From Balanoglossus misakiensis (Eukaryota > Animalia > Hemichordata), in NCBI GenBank assembly GCA_040954595.2, contig CM082595.2, positions 5,296,137-5,360,136 of the forward strand: a DNA stretch of 64,000 nucleotides. Reading direction: 5' to 3'. The position numbers and the translations under genes are program-made. Each line of letters starts with the position of its first letter. Within the stretch, counting starts at the first letter, position 1. This document shows positions 11,500 to 24,241 of the stretch, in pieces. The notes beneath the pieces were generated by a model. It saw only the letters and a list, made by a program, of their open reading frames with translations, ran no database searches and was not told the origin of the DNA.

Positions 11500-12134
11500 T
11501 GAAGATGAGCTGTATGCGGCGTTAAACGCTGCTACGCCCGCTGTGCCTGGGCGTTGCTATGTGGGGCGTTGCTGTTTTGTCCACGCCAACTACGGCCATT
11601 CTCATAGTTGCCTTCTTTTATCGTGGTGACATCAAGTTGACCTCTGAGGTCAATCTGGATGTCTGCTGCATTTATCGCCTTCTTGATAGACCTCTCTCAA
11701 ATCGAGGTTGGAATACAAGGTGAGTTTACACTTGCACATTTATTCAACCAAATTCTCAGAAATTATCAACGCGCTTTTAAATTTCTTGTCTCATTTGTGG
11801 CGTTCGCCATTTTTGTTAATTTTTCGGCGGTTTGAATTTAGCGGCAGTCGAGTCCGGGACATGTCGTCGCATGCCATTTTTAGCCGATAGCGATATAACC
11901 GCTCATAGAGTTTTTGAGAGTGTAGGCGCATTCATATGCAGACGAGGGTCGCCGCGACCTGGGACGAACCCTCAAGACCACAGGCGGCCTTTTCAAATAT
12001 TTTTGCGACCACCCTTTCTTACAGGACCGGAGAAGACGTCGGCGTCGTCCAGCTCGGAATTCAGCGGCGGTGACTTCAATCGAGACGACGGCAGAAGGGT
12101 CAGGGGAATGAACGGTAGCTGAAACAGTGATAAG
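11500..12134 (+). other. CpG-rich probable 5' end of the KCNAB gene: exon ending 11719 and probable non-coding exon 12025-12134
   Basis: CpG-dense island. Strong donor AAG|GTGAGT at 11719/11720, acceptor CCCTTTCTTACAG| at 12024, donor AAG|GTTGGT at 12134/12135. The 12025-12134 segment has stops in all three frames. Link to KCNAB is inferred from position; the start coordinate is approximate. Confidence 0.45.
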
Positions 12135-12763
12135 GTTGGTGTACATTGCAGTATGATATAAAATGTACATTTCTGCCAAATATGTACATTTCTTTTCATT
12201 ATGCAACCCAGACGCGCGCGCCGTAACCAATAACGACGGGGACCTGACATGTGAACGCGCTTGTATCCATAGCATTTCTTCCCCAAATATTTTGAACCAT
12301 TTTCCCGGCGTCGAATCGTACATTCCAAGGAATATTGCTTCTGACAGCTCACCTTTCCATGTGTGTGCTTACCCAGACCTTGGAATGTTCGGTTGGTATG
12401 CTTTTATGGTTGAAATAGACAAATTTGAAGGTCAAAGATTGATAACCAAAAATATTAAAATAATATAATTGGGAACCTCATTAAAAGGTAACTATTATAG
12501 TGGATACCAGAGTAAACAAATTTAAAAATTATATTTATTTTGTAAATTTCTAATTCTTTTTACAAATTGGGTAAACATGGTTGTTTGCGTGTATTGTTTA
12601 CTTAAAATCAGATTATAGAAACTCCATATAAAAAGTAGATTTTAATTCATGGCTATATTGGATGGTCAACATGCATTATGAGAGTAGGCTGTTATCGATT
12701 AAGTTTGATGTAGCTGCAGCCTGTCTTGAGAAAATGGGCTTGAGAAATGGAGAAGGAACTTAG

Positions 12764-13038
12764 TTAAAGGGACAAAGTCTGTCTCTAGCTGCCCCTTTTC
12801 CATTAAGTTTGATACAAGACACTGTTTATGCTATTCTACATGTGGATATATCATGTATATAGTGCACGTAAATCAATGTTCGACCACACACAACCCATCC
12901 CGTTTGTAGGATATGAGAGTAAAAATCTTGCCAAAATGAATAAACGGTAGAGACCGATTATTCGTTTTGGCAAGTTTTTTTCACTCTCTTGTCTACAAGT
13001 GGCATAGAGAGAGAGAGAGAGAGACTTTGTCCCTTTAA
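12764..13038. mobile_element. TTAA-flanked Kolobok/T2-like MITE
   Basis: Perfect inverted ends TTAAAGGGACAAAGTCT ... AGACTTTGTCCCTTTAA; a (GA)n tract lies just inside the right end. Confidence 0.8.
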
Positions 13039-13312
13039 CCCCAGGTGCAAGGCAGACAAGCATGCAAATTTATTATTTGACACCGGCATCAACAGGATGA
13101 ACTTTGTCATCATCTATCACAGGCTGATTGAAGTCCTTGTGTACGTGTGCTCATATATTGTGTGTGATTAGCTTCACATTAATGGTGTTTTATGCCATGG
13201 TTAAAAATAGAAACCCTACAGGGAACCCCTAGATATAGGACAACCTGTCTTCTATCTGTCAACTTGACCAGTTTTACTGTGCAGGCTTCTAATGATGCAT
13301 TTGGGGCTGATA

Positions 13313-13520
13313 TACTGTAAAACGGGTTATTTCTTGCGAGCAATAAATTTCCGCAAAATACTCGAGAGCCAAAACAACGTGAAAAGTCGCATAAAATGTT
13401 TTTCAGAGATAACATTACAGTTAGTGAAATACATGAACGCGAGAAATTATCCTCGCATAACAGTTGCCTCTTTTGGTATCGCGAAAATTTCCTGTCGCGA
13501 AAATAACCCGTTTTACAGTA
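13313..13520 (+). mobile_element. TA-flanked MITE, Tc1/mariner (Tc2-like CTGTA termini), copy 1
   Basis: TA-CTGTAAAACGGGTTATTT ... AAATAACCCGTTTTACAG-TA; internal sequence alignable to 14704-14925. Confidence 0.85.
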
Positions 13521-14703
13521 CTCTGCTCTGTTAGTGGGTGTTTCTAGCGATCAAGTTTTGAAAACACCAGAGTATGCTGGTGACTGGAGAATATTTGAAT
13601 GACTGAGTGTCTGTGAGTGGTCCAAGTAATTTTGCAAATTGCTGTAATTTGAATGGGATCCCTTTAGCAGGCTAGTGATGTTTCACAAAACACCCTTTTA
13701 TTATATGTGTCAGCTTGAAACCTGATTTTAATCTTGACCAGCGCATGTACTACTCTTTGGAGCTAATCTTCTTGTCAGTCACAAAGACTGACCTACATAC
13801 AGTATATGAATTGAGAAAATGCAGGTATTTTTGGATGTACTTTCTATGAAATACAATTTTTGCCTGAATTTCGGCAAATACATAACCTGATCCACTCATA
13901 ATCAAGAACTGAAAATAAAATGAGACGCCATATTAACAAACTTCATGAGTTAAGTACCTATCTGAGATAAATTATAGATAAATTATTAAAAACTTTGAGT
14001 AAGTTTATTCAGAATGAAGTTGAAAAAAACACTTTTTTGTCTGGTTTAGAGTCAGGGGAATTTTTTTGTCTTAATAGACAAGTTTCTGACAATAATCTCT
14101 CATCAAAGTGTGTAATCATCACAACTTTTAACACATAATCCAGTATGACCTACAGGGACATATAATTCAAAGCTTTTTTTCTCCGCCTATCGTGCTTGGT
14201 TCATGCAAAAATATGACAATTGTCTTACAAGCTTCATGCAGCTGTCTGTGTAGGGATTAGGGACCTTCTCAAAAGTTGTAGATGAAATTTGGTTGTATAA
14301 CTTCGCCAGTTGAATGAAACATTTGACAATGGAAATGTACTTAAAATGGTTAAAAAGAAGAGTCTTGTGTTTTGTTATGTTGACTTTCCATGTCTTTGCG
14401 AAGTGTGTGGTGTTTTGAGATGGACCCTGAAAAGGCAAGGCATTGTGGGTAATGCCAGACATTTCTTGGCTCAGTTGAACACTTGTTAGGCCGTACAGCC
14501 AGGGAATATTTCACATTTCTCAGTGGTGTTCACTGTGGTCAGATATCAAAACTTAACTAATTGTAAAAGGTCACCAATGTTTGCATGCAAGAAATAAGAA
14601 CTGAAAAATCACTGTAGAAATTTGATCTGGAGCAGTTGATGACCATTGTTCAAAGTATCATCAAGCTGACCTTTTATATTGGTGATGGGTAATATTTATA
14701 ATA

Positions 14704-14925
14704 TACTGTAATTGTGTAAAGCGGGTTATTTTCGCAAGCAATACATTTTTGCGAAATACGCGAGAGACAAAAAATACGTGAAAATAAAAAGTTGCGTAAA
14801 ATGTTTTTCAGAGATAATTATGCAGTTAGTGAAATACGAGAACGCGAAAATTAATCCTCGCGTAACAGTTGCCTCTTTTGATATCGCGAAAATTTCCTGT
14901 CGCGAAAATAACCCGTTTTACAGTA
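14704..14925 (+). mobile_element. TA-flanked MITE, copy 2
   Basis: Same right TIR and internal TAACAGTTGCCTCTTTTG.TATCGCGAAAATTTCCTGTCGCG; left TIR carries a short insertion. Confidence 0.85.
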
Positions 14926-16243
14926 TATCATAGATATAGCTGTAGACAGTTCAGAGGATAAATTATTAACATACATAACATATTTCCTGCAGAGGTCAGT
15001 GTGACACAGCTGTTAAGTGATGTTGTGAGATGCTGTATTATAATTTAATTAAAATAGCCATAGTCTTTTTTACATGTCCTGTAAGGCAGTTTGGTGCTAC
15101 AGTATGTATGGCTGTTGATGTGTGTATTTCCATTTAATAACCGTTTTCATCTGTTGGTAATCAGTTTACTGTGATCAGTGTGTATTAGGATTAATTTCAA
15201 ATTAAAAAAAGTGGTAAATCTGTTTGAGAGTAATTCTCTTATATTGTGTCAAAGTTAAACTGATTTTAATACAACCTTCACAGGCACCTCATATGCGCGT
15301 AAAAAGTGACGACAGTGGAAATTCTATGAACTCTGACCTGTGAACTTTGGCCTACCCGGTATATTTGAATAATACCACATAGACTCTGAGATAAATAATT
15401 ACTTTAGATCTTTATTTTAATGCATTTGCACAACAGATTGTAGCTGCTAAATCTTAAAGACTGTATTTAAGGATTTCGTACAAAAATATTTAAAAACAGA
15501 AAAATGCTATGAATAAGGATAATATGTTTCAGTTTGATCGTGATAGTTGTCTTTGAGTATAAATCTGGGTCGACTCAGGTGTTGACTTGACATGAAATTG
15601 GGGTTTCGTTTGCTTTTGGGGGAAATGTCTTTATAAGTGACTTTTTCTTTGACATGTAAGAAAAGTTATATTAAAAACCCACAAAATTGTAATTGCGCCA
15701 AGATATGCTAATATGAAGTATACACGATCACCATTTATTTGCGAGTGGAACTGGAGTAATTGTTGTTGACAACCTGCAAAATTAAGTTCACTATTGGCAG
15801 TGACTGGTGATTGAGTTTTGCTTGACCTGTCTTCGGTACAGTGTACAAATCGAGGTGATTAAACGCTGAACTCCCTGAAATGAAATTAACCACACACACA
15901 GCTGGTAAAATTATCCATTTTGTGTGATTTCGCGCAGGTGCTATTCATTGCCGTTGAAAACTGTCAAAGGAAAGTGTATTTGCATATGAATAGATATAGA
16001 GTGACAAGCAAAGGGGGGAGGCTTGAGATATCAGCAAAAATTACGCAGGAAATGAAAGAAATACTACTGAATTTCGATTAGCGCAGATTGTACAAACATT
16101 TTATCAATCAATTACATTTTACTTGACAAAAACATCCATTGTGTAGCGCGCACTTAACACACTGGGTTCATTATCAAACTCACATCGAACAATTCAAATT
16201 ATTTCAAAATGTGAAGGACTAATTTTGACTTGAGCAGAAATTA

Positions 16244-16339
16244 ATGTATGTATGTATGTATGTATGTATGTATGTATGTATGTATGTATGTATGTATGTA
16301 TGTATGTATGTATGTATGTATGTATGTATGTATGTATGT
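16244..16339. repeat. (ATGT)n microsatellite
   Basis: Direct reading, ~24 units. Confidence 0.95.
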
Positions 16340-16768
16340 CCATTTCAAAAACTCAATAATTCTTGTTAAAAATATGAAAATATGAAATTTGCATGGAAGG
16401 AATAACTTTATCTTTGTTTTCGCATACATCATTTGTTTAAAAAAATGGGAAGATATGGAAAAGATGGTCGCTGCCAAAGGAAGCCATAAATTATTGTCCC
16501 TGGGGAGGGGGTGTTGTCATTGAGATTATGAAAATTAATCATGTTCGTTGGAGAACATTGATGAATGGGATCAGACACAGAGGCTGATATGATTAAAGTA
16601 GACATGCCACATAAATTATACATGGCTGATGTTTTGACTGATTGTATAATTATTGCAGAGCCAAACAATGTCTGGGTCAAAAAACGAAAATCTAATGAAT
16701 TTTACAGGTTGATATTTGGCAACAGAGGATGGTGTGAACTGAAAATATGACCAAAAAGTACATATACT

Positions 16769-16871
16769 TTAACCCATTCACCCCTATAATTACCAGCAGA
16801 GGTTGGTCTGACCTCTTACTTGTCAGTGGCGTGGGTGGATCTATATATAGGAAAATAGGGTGAGGAGGTTA
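16769..16871. mobile_element. Degenerate piggyBac-like mini-MITE related to 2158-2250
   Basis: TTAACCCATTCACCCCTAT ... ATAGGGTGAGGAGGTTA imperfect inverted ends. Confidence 0.5.
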
Positions 16872-19800
16872 CAATGTCAAGTGTAATAACACCAAATGAA
16901 CTGCCATTAACATTGTCGAAACAGCTGCTACTATAACATTAAAGTATGATAAGTCGGAATTCAGTTTTCGCATCCAGAGAGCTGGAATTCCAATGGTTCA
17001 GGCTTGTGTTTATTTAGATGGAGCAGGCATGCTACAAATGGAAGTGACATAACTGAGTTTCATTATTTTAGTATTAGTATGGTACATTTAGTGTGTAATA
17101 TAATGCTTTTTAGATAGACATACTGTGTTTCCATTTTTGCATGAACGATTTTATTTTCTATTCCCATAAAAATTTGATATCTAGCTATAATTTAAAGGGA
17201 CATTACCGGACATTATTACTATGTTCTGAAATACAATGCCGATTGTACATACACATAATGTGAGCTTTCGTTCGCCGCATACATTTGGATCATGCCATTG
17301 CTGGCCGGTACCTCTTGAACATCAACTTAAAGATGTCTTGGCCGTCTTGAGTCAGAATTACGGCATTTCGCCTTTCTCTCAGTTCAAGTGCTTTTTGCTG
17401 GAGCTCTTCTAAGTAAATACAGCGTTGTTCAGTCTCTCACACACTTCTTAGTCAAGAAGTGTTTTATTTTTAGACCTCTTGTTATGAAGAGCTTTGAATA
17501 GTTCCTTCTAGATGGTGTAACAGGCACATTGCCATGATAACAGTTCATAGCTTAGCATGGCAGACAGCTGGCAAAACCACTGAGTCAAAATCTCACGTCA
17601 CTGTCCCTAGAAAGATACAGTTCAATGACCCAGTTTGATGGTCTAATTTCATATCTACCTCACATAGCCCAATGAACATATATCAAACCTTACGTCTTAC
17701 AAAGAACTTGAAATTGAGTAACAATGGCATCTTGGATGCCTGGAAGATATTAAAATAAGGTGATACATGTATTATGTACATACACAATAATACACACAAT
17801 TTTCAATAAAAAAAAATGAAATTAACAGTCACATCGACATGTTAGAAAGATAATATGCAAATATTCTATCCAATATTATTAACGTAGTCTAATGGAAAAA
17901 TTAATAATTCAGTGCTATGTAACATGACAGGATGTGTTTCTGAAATAAGCTGAAAAATTATTCCCACCCCTGCCACCTCCAACACCCATCCAATATTACT
18001 TGGTTTCTAGGAAATTGTACATTAGCGAAATTAAACATCTTGGGGGCAGATTAATTACTTTGTTTTTGTCTATACCATCCTGTGAGTGCGTTTTGACTAT
18101 TTTTTAATTGTCCAAATGTCAGTAATACAGCTATACTGTCGTATTCCATCATGGTGATCATAGATGTGGCTGTAAGTAGAGAAGTTAGCAGTCAGACTTT
18201 GAGCCAAAACTTTCTGGTTGATGGAAGTAGTTTAGTGAAGAATCAGGGACATTGTTGCTCCACATGTAACTAAGAACCATGTATGCTTTGCAGTTTATTA
18301 GATGCCTTGTTGTTCTGGGGAAACTGAACTGAAATCTTGCCTTGTGAAAAGGAGAAAAATTAAACTTTTATGCAAAACAGATGGTGAACAACACATTTCC
18401 TTCTTTGATTTCAAAACGAAGATAGTTTTGGCCACAAATTTAAAGGTTTGGAGGACTATAATTTTTTTCTGAAAATATGTTCTGTGAAGAGACTTACTAC
18501 CTTAATTCTTGAAACTGAAGAACTACACTTAAGCAGCAGTGCCTCTTGTGAGAAAGAAGCCAAACACATTAAACTTCCATTAGCAGTGTTCGGCAAAAGA
18601 ATCCAGGAACTCTATGTAGTGCAGGTATACCACCTTAATTACACTACATGTAAAGTGCAATTTGACGAGATTGGACCGGAACAGAATGTGTGACTTCCAT
18701 GCATCTGATTGCAGTAAAAAGTGAAGAAAAAACTGAATAAATAAATTATTAATGAAGAAGATAATGCAATATGAAAAAATAATGCAAAACCATAAATAAT
18801 GCAGTAATTAAATTATAAATTATATAATATTATATCATGATTTGCCAGAGTTTGTAGATTAATATTTAATCAGTACAGACTGCATGTTATTCGTTTCTTT
18901 GTGAGACTTGGCTAGTATTTCTGTACTCAACTGTTTGGAATTATCATTTGAATGAGTGTATTTCCTGCAACACTATCACAAATTGCCTCTTGGAGTTATT
19001 TCTGTAACAGTCATATGTCCACAATTTGTCAATAGCGATTTGTCTTTCCTGAATTGTTCCGGATTAGTCACCTGTCCACAACTACAGCCAAGAGCAAGTG
19101 GGAACATTTCTGGTTGATTCAAACTCATTCAACAAATACAGTAGAGACTCATAGCAAAGAGATGATCCATTGTCATGATCAGCCCCCTAAATTAAGCTGG
19201 TCTGCAGGAATTACAGTTTAACTATAAACTTGCAGCCCCTGCTCATTCAGAATGCACCCGAGTTGTCGTGATTTCAGCTCTTGACCACACTTGCTGACTG
19301 ATTACTTGTAATTATCATTAGCAGGCTTTGGATAAGATCTTCATGCATACTTGTAATTGCAAATTGTGATCAGATTCACCATTCTGACGACATGTTTGTG
19401 AAGTTACAGCCTTGAGTTCTGGCCTCTCTGTATTCAGCTGTCAGGTGATTATGGTCAACAGTAAGAGGTATTGTTCCTATCTTCTGTGACTTCACATGAT
19501 CTGTGATCTACAGTCATGAAGGTAATGTGAAAGAATGCCATTTGAAACCAAATGACTTGGCAAGCACTGTTTGCCATTGTTGCCAGTCAGTTTGTTTCAG
19601 TTGTAGTACAGCACAAGTTATTCAGGCTATGCAGTGTTTGCATTTGCGATAACTCAATTTATGGATATGTCCTCCATTGACAGGCAATCAAACATCATTT
19701 TCTTCTTTTCACCAAGAGCTTGAAAGTGAGTGGCTGTTATAGAGAAACAATGTACCGGTACGCATGGGCAGCTGTTGAAACGCATCCCAAATGCACAATG

Positions 19801-21308
19801 ATGTATATTCCCTGCTTAATGCGAATTAAGTGTGGCTCAATTCATTGAAAGAAGGTGTCTTTGTATTGCAGTTATAATACAGACAGCTGGATGGCTGATA
19901 ATGTTGCTGGCATGCTTGCTACATTTATGTCTCTTTTTTATTGATAATGGTGGTGTTCAGTGTCGGAAGAGCAGATGTGCATTAAAACTTATCTCTGATC
20001 AGATGTCACTTGTGTAATATATGATAGACATAGGATGCAGAACTAATTCTATGACATAAAATACATCAAAAGGTGATTTTTTCTCCTTCAGTGAGGGATG
20101 GTGTATTATTATTATTATTGCATGGAGTTGACTATCTTGAAGTGTATTTTAACTGAAGTTATTTTCTGTGGATTATTCATCTTGTACAAACAAATTTTGT
20201 ATTTCCTACAATGATTGACTTGTACTAAAATCTTTACAAGAATAGATGAATAGTGGTTCTTAAGTGGAAATATGGCAATCATTGTGCTGTGTAACTCATG
20301 TACACCCCTCATGTAAAAAAAAAAGAGTTTCTTACAATGCAAGGAAATTGTTTACATTATACAGTTGTAGGACTGACGCAAAGAGATGTGTGAAAATCCT
20401 AAAACAGTTTTCATAAAATATCAGAGGGCACATTAATGTCAATCGTAGTTCCCACTACCAATTGAACGTTTTCCAGTCTGAGTTGTTCACATGTGGAGTA
20501 AATCATAAAGTGGTCACGTTTTCTCTATTTTTACTACTTTATGAATTTGCTGTAATCAAAAGAAAGTGGAACTTCCTGCCCATGTTTATAGGTAACATTT
20601 TATGAAAAAAATACAGAATATTATTCCATTTGGTAAAGCAGTTATCACAGGCCATAACTGGAGAAATATCGAGGATTTATGAACATTACATTAATGCTTT
20701 GACTCTATTTTTAAATATTTACATGATTTTCATACCCCATACTTTCCGTAACTTTCTTAAAGAATACGTGACTTGAAAACATGTTATGTTATGAGGGAGT
20801 GTGCTTGCATAAACTTTGTGAGTTTAAGTGAAATGTGAATAATGTCTACAATATTTAAATCTCACCAATATTTAATTTACCATGAACATTCAAATTACAT
20901 GTATAACTGAAAGGGAATTTACAGACATGCTAATATTTGGAAACAGAAGGGGCCTGTTTGATTCTAGAATGTTAAAAGTGTTGAAAACATTCCCATAAAA
21001 TAAAGAAAACATAAAATATACATTGCAAAAACTGCCATTTAAAAATGAGAATTTTGCTGGAATCTGTTGAATTGTATCCTGTATGATTGATGGTTTGTTT
21101 GATCATATTATCTTCGATGAGGCATATTAATATCAATATTGATGCATTTTGTAGATGTGTACATGTTGCCAGTTGGTTGATATTATTTATATTTGTTCAG
21201 TAACTGCTTTGTTGGGACCATGTTGGAGGAAAGTAGCGATTAGTTTAACATGTCATAGACTGTTGAAAAGTATAATGGGAGATAATAACATGATAGACGA
21301 GGTCCATT

Positions 21309-21380
21309 ATTTCATCGGCTTTTAATAGTAATAATGTCTTTCAAATTTCATCGGCTTTTAATAGTAATAACGTCTTTCAA
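21309..21380. repeat. 36-bp tandem duplication
   Basis: ATTTCATCGGCTTTTAATAGTAATAA(T/C)GTCTTTCAA twice, one mismatch. Confidence 0.9.
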
Positions 21381-22218
21381 GTGGAGTCTATTTTTGATCA
21401 CTTTTCATTATCCGTATTATGATGTAGCAAAATTAGGGAATGCGAACATTTATGTTTTAAGATTATAAAGTGTGATATATAGCAAAAAAAATCAGACCTG
21501 TAGCTAAAAAAAAGATTTTCGTCACATATTCTTGATTTTAAGTTGTGAAAAAATGTCTAATGTGAACATTCTCCAAGTCTATATATCTTCACTAGCTTTT
21601 TTTCCTTTGATGAACAAATTTTGCATAAATTAAATAAAATATATTTCCAAGAATAAATTGGTTTTAATTCAATATGCAAATGTCTTTGGTTCTAATAATT
21701 TAGTTGTTCCCTGGACACTCAGGAAGTTGTATGTTATCAAAGGAATATGATTTCATCAAATTGTACAGCTTGTCATAGACTCGTGGTTGCTGATTTGAAT
21801 CTCTGGCGGTGATTATGAAATACAACATGATTTTGCATTTAACCAGATTAGTATCTGTGAGTGTGGTCATGAAAAATTGATGAAAGCTAGTGCATATAGA
21901 TAAAGTTGGGTTTAGCACCATCTCCAGTTTTGACATGCGTTGACAGATGTTTTCCATCTGTGGTCAACCTGCAGCTGTATTCCAGTAAATTATTTACAAT
22001 CCTGGTATATCTCGTGCGCCGATGTTTGACATTTGTCTTATAAGCTGCAGTACTTGTCCCAGGAATGTCTGTTTGACCTTTTATTTTTAGCTCTTGTTCT
22101 GCAAGTGTTTGTGTTTTTCCATCTGAAGTTAGGAGTTGAAAATCGTGCAATCCAACAAGAACATTCGCTTTTGTACCACCCAATCCTTGTAATTTGCAAT
22201 ACTCTGCAAGATTGTGTA

Positions 22219-22565
22219 ATAAGGTAGAATGTACCTCGAAAATCAAAGTCTTAAAGTTTGTGTCATAATTTGCTCAAAGCAACTTAAGATTATTCTATCT
22301 TAATATTGAGAATAAAAATTGGGGGTCACTGAGCAAAATTTGAAATGAGAGAGCAAAATTGCGTCAAATTGTCTTAAATTTGAAATTGAAAATGGCCGCC
22401 AATCTTCATGTTTAAATTTTAAAGTAACGATTTCCATAAAAACAAGATGGTGAACACCCTGTTTTCTTCTTATTTTCAGAAAGAGTGAAATTGAAAAACA
22501 ATGAAAAGTTTAGAGGATTATCATTTTTCTGAAAATCTATCCCTGAAGCACATATACTGACTTAA
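22219..22565. mobile_element. Degenerate TTAA-type non-autonomous DNA element
   Basis: Left TAAGGTAGAATGTACCTCG versus reverse complement of right end TTAAGTCAGTATATGTGCTTCA (imperfect TIR); internal AAAATGGCCGCC motif. Confidence 0.4.
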
Positions 22566-24101
22566 AACAGTTTATCACTGTCTCTCTTAAACAATTCCAA
22601 ATTAGGTGATATATGATCTCGTATTCATGTCTATAAATACCAGTATCTGTAGTCCAGTGGTTGCACAAATGTGGTTAATTTGCACAGCTGCTTTTAGTGA
22701 TCTGAAACTTTGACAGGACTGGTAACATTCTAATATGATATGGCTGATCACCAGTAAACTAAAGAAAGTTGCCGTCAACAAGCTGTAAGTACCACCATAT
22801 GTTTGGTAATGCTTACATAGGGTAATCTGTATCACAGAGCTTTGGGATAGACATTCGAAGACAGACAAGACCTAAGTTATAGGGCATATGTAAATTATAG
22901 ATTTGGTGTGAACTCTTGATAAAAAATGACATATTTTGCAATTGGGTAATTTGCATATGTATTGTGCAAGTCATATCGCTGGGCAACCAATAACATCAGA
23001 TTTAATATTCGCTGTAGGACGTTATTTGGCTATTGTGTTGACAATAAAGGATAATTTCAATCAATATGGTGTATTTGTCTGCGAATAAAGACTCCTTTTG
23101 AGAGTCTACTTCCAAGAATGGGATGGGGGAATTTATTGATTGTTTGAGACACTGTTGAATCTAATGCACCATCTATGAAATATTGAGTCACAAATTTGTA
23201 CTTAAACTAGCTGCTCAGTGAGATTGAATTTGCAAGTTTGCCAATTCTTGATGTAATTTAAAATTTAAATTGCACTACTTAATTCACCATCATGGTTTCG
23301 TCGAAATCCATCGTTTTTTTACTGTACAATGTGACCTTGATTGAAATTGGGTTGAAAAGATTATGGGTGGGTAGCTTATTGCAAAGCCTTTTGAAATTAA
23401 TAATTATAGGAATGAACCATGCAAGTAATTAATTATTGTGACATTCTTGTGTAAGGAGAAATAAGGCACTTGTTATATTGTTCTTTCGTCGATTTTTCAC
23501 CATTAAACCAGACATCTGGGTGTGTCACCACATTGTAAGTTATACACCTATACTTAATACAGCATATCTCGAATGCCAATTAATCTGAGGGCAAATTAAT
23601 TAAACCTATTTATATATTAATCTCCAGGGAATAGTTGATCTTCTGTTTAAATTGTTTCACATGCAGGTACTCATTCATGTGGTACTCATTTCAGAACATT
23701 CAGAGTCAATTGCTGCATCTTCACAAACTAAACAATAGTGATTAAATGAGGAGATAGCAGAGAAGGTGTGTCAATATTCCATTTAAGTACGTACATATTT
23801 CTTATCCGTCTGAGCATTGGGGCATTTCAACTCAGTGTGTGTGTTCTTTTTGCCTTTTAAAGATACACTCTAATTCATTAGAAGAGACTACTTTGACACT
23901 GAGACAAGAGAGAGTGATTACAGTAATGTAGCTCTTGTAGGTTTAGGCTACGAGAAAAATATATTGTGTATAGTAATGTTGACATGCTTCTTTCAAAACT
24001 AGCTAAGATGTGTTTAATTTGACATTTCCTCATATTTTGACCAGTAAACCATAAGTGTCCAATTCAAAATGAAATACTCATAAACTATCACTATCAGTTT
24101 C

Positions 24102-24241
24102 ACATACATACATACATACATCCATCCATCCATCCATCCATACATACATACATACATACATACATACATACATACATACATACATACATACATACATACA
24201 TACATACATACATACATACATACATACATACATACATACAT
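24102..24241. repeat. Compound (ACAT)n/(CCAT)n microsatellite
   Basis: Direct reading; source of the MYVC pseudo-ORFs on the minus strand. Confidence 0.95.

Noticed and set aside
19750-20591. Other Tyr-Arg phase-2 donors (ATG TAC CG|GTACGC at 19750; TAT AG|GTAACA at 20591; also TAC AG|GTTGCT at 31526)
   Set aside because: Weak donors, and either no in-frame ATG after the preceding stop or only a 3-codon frame.
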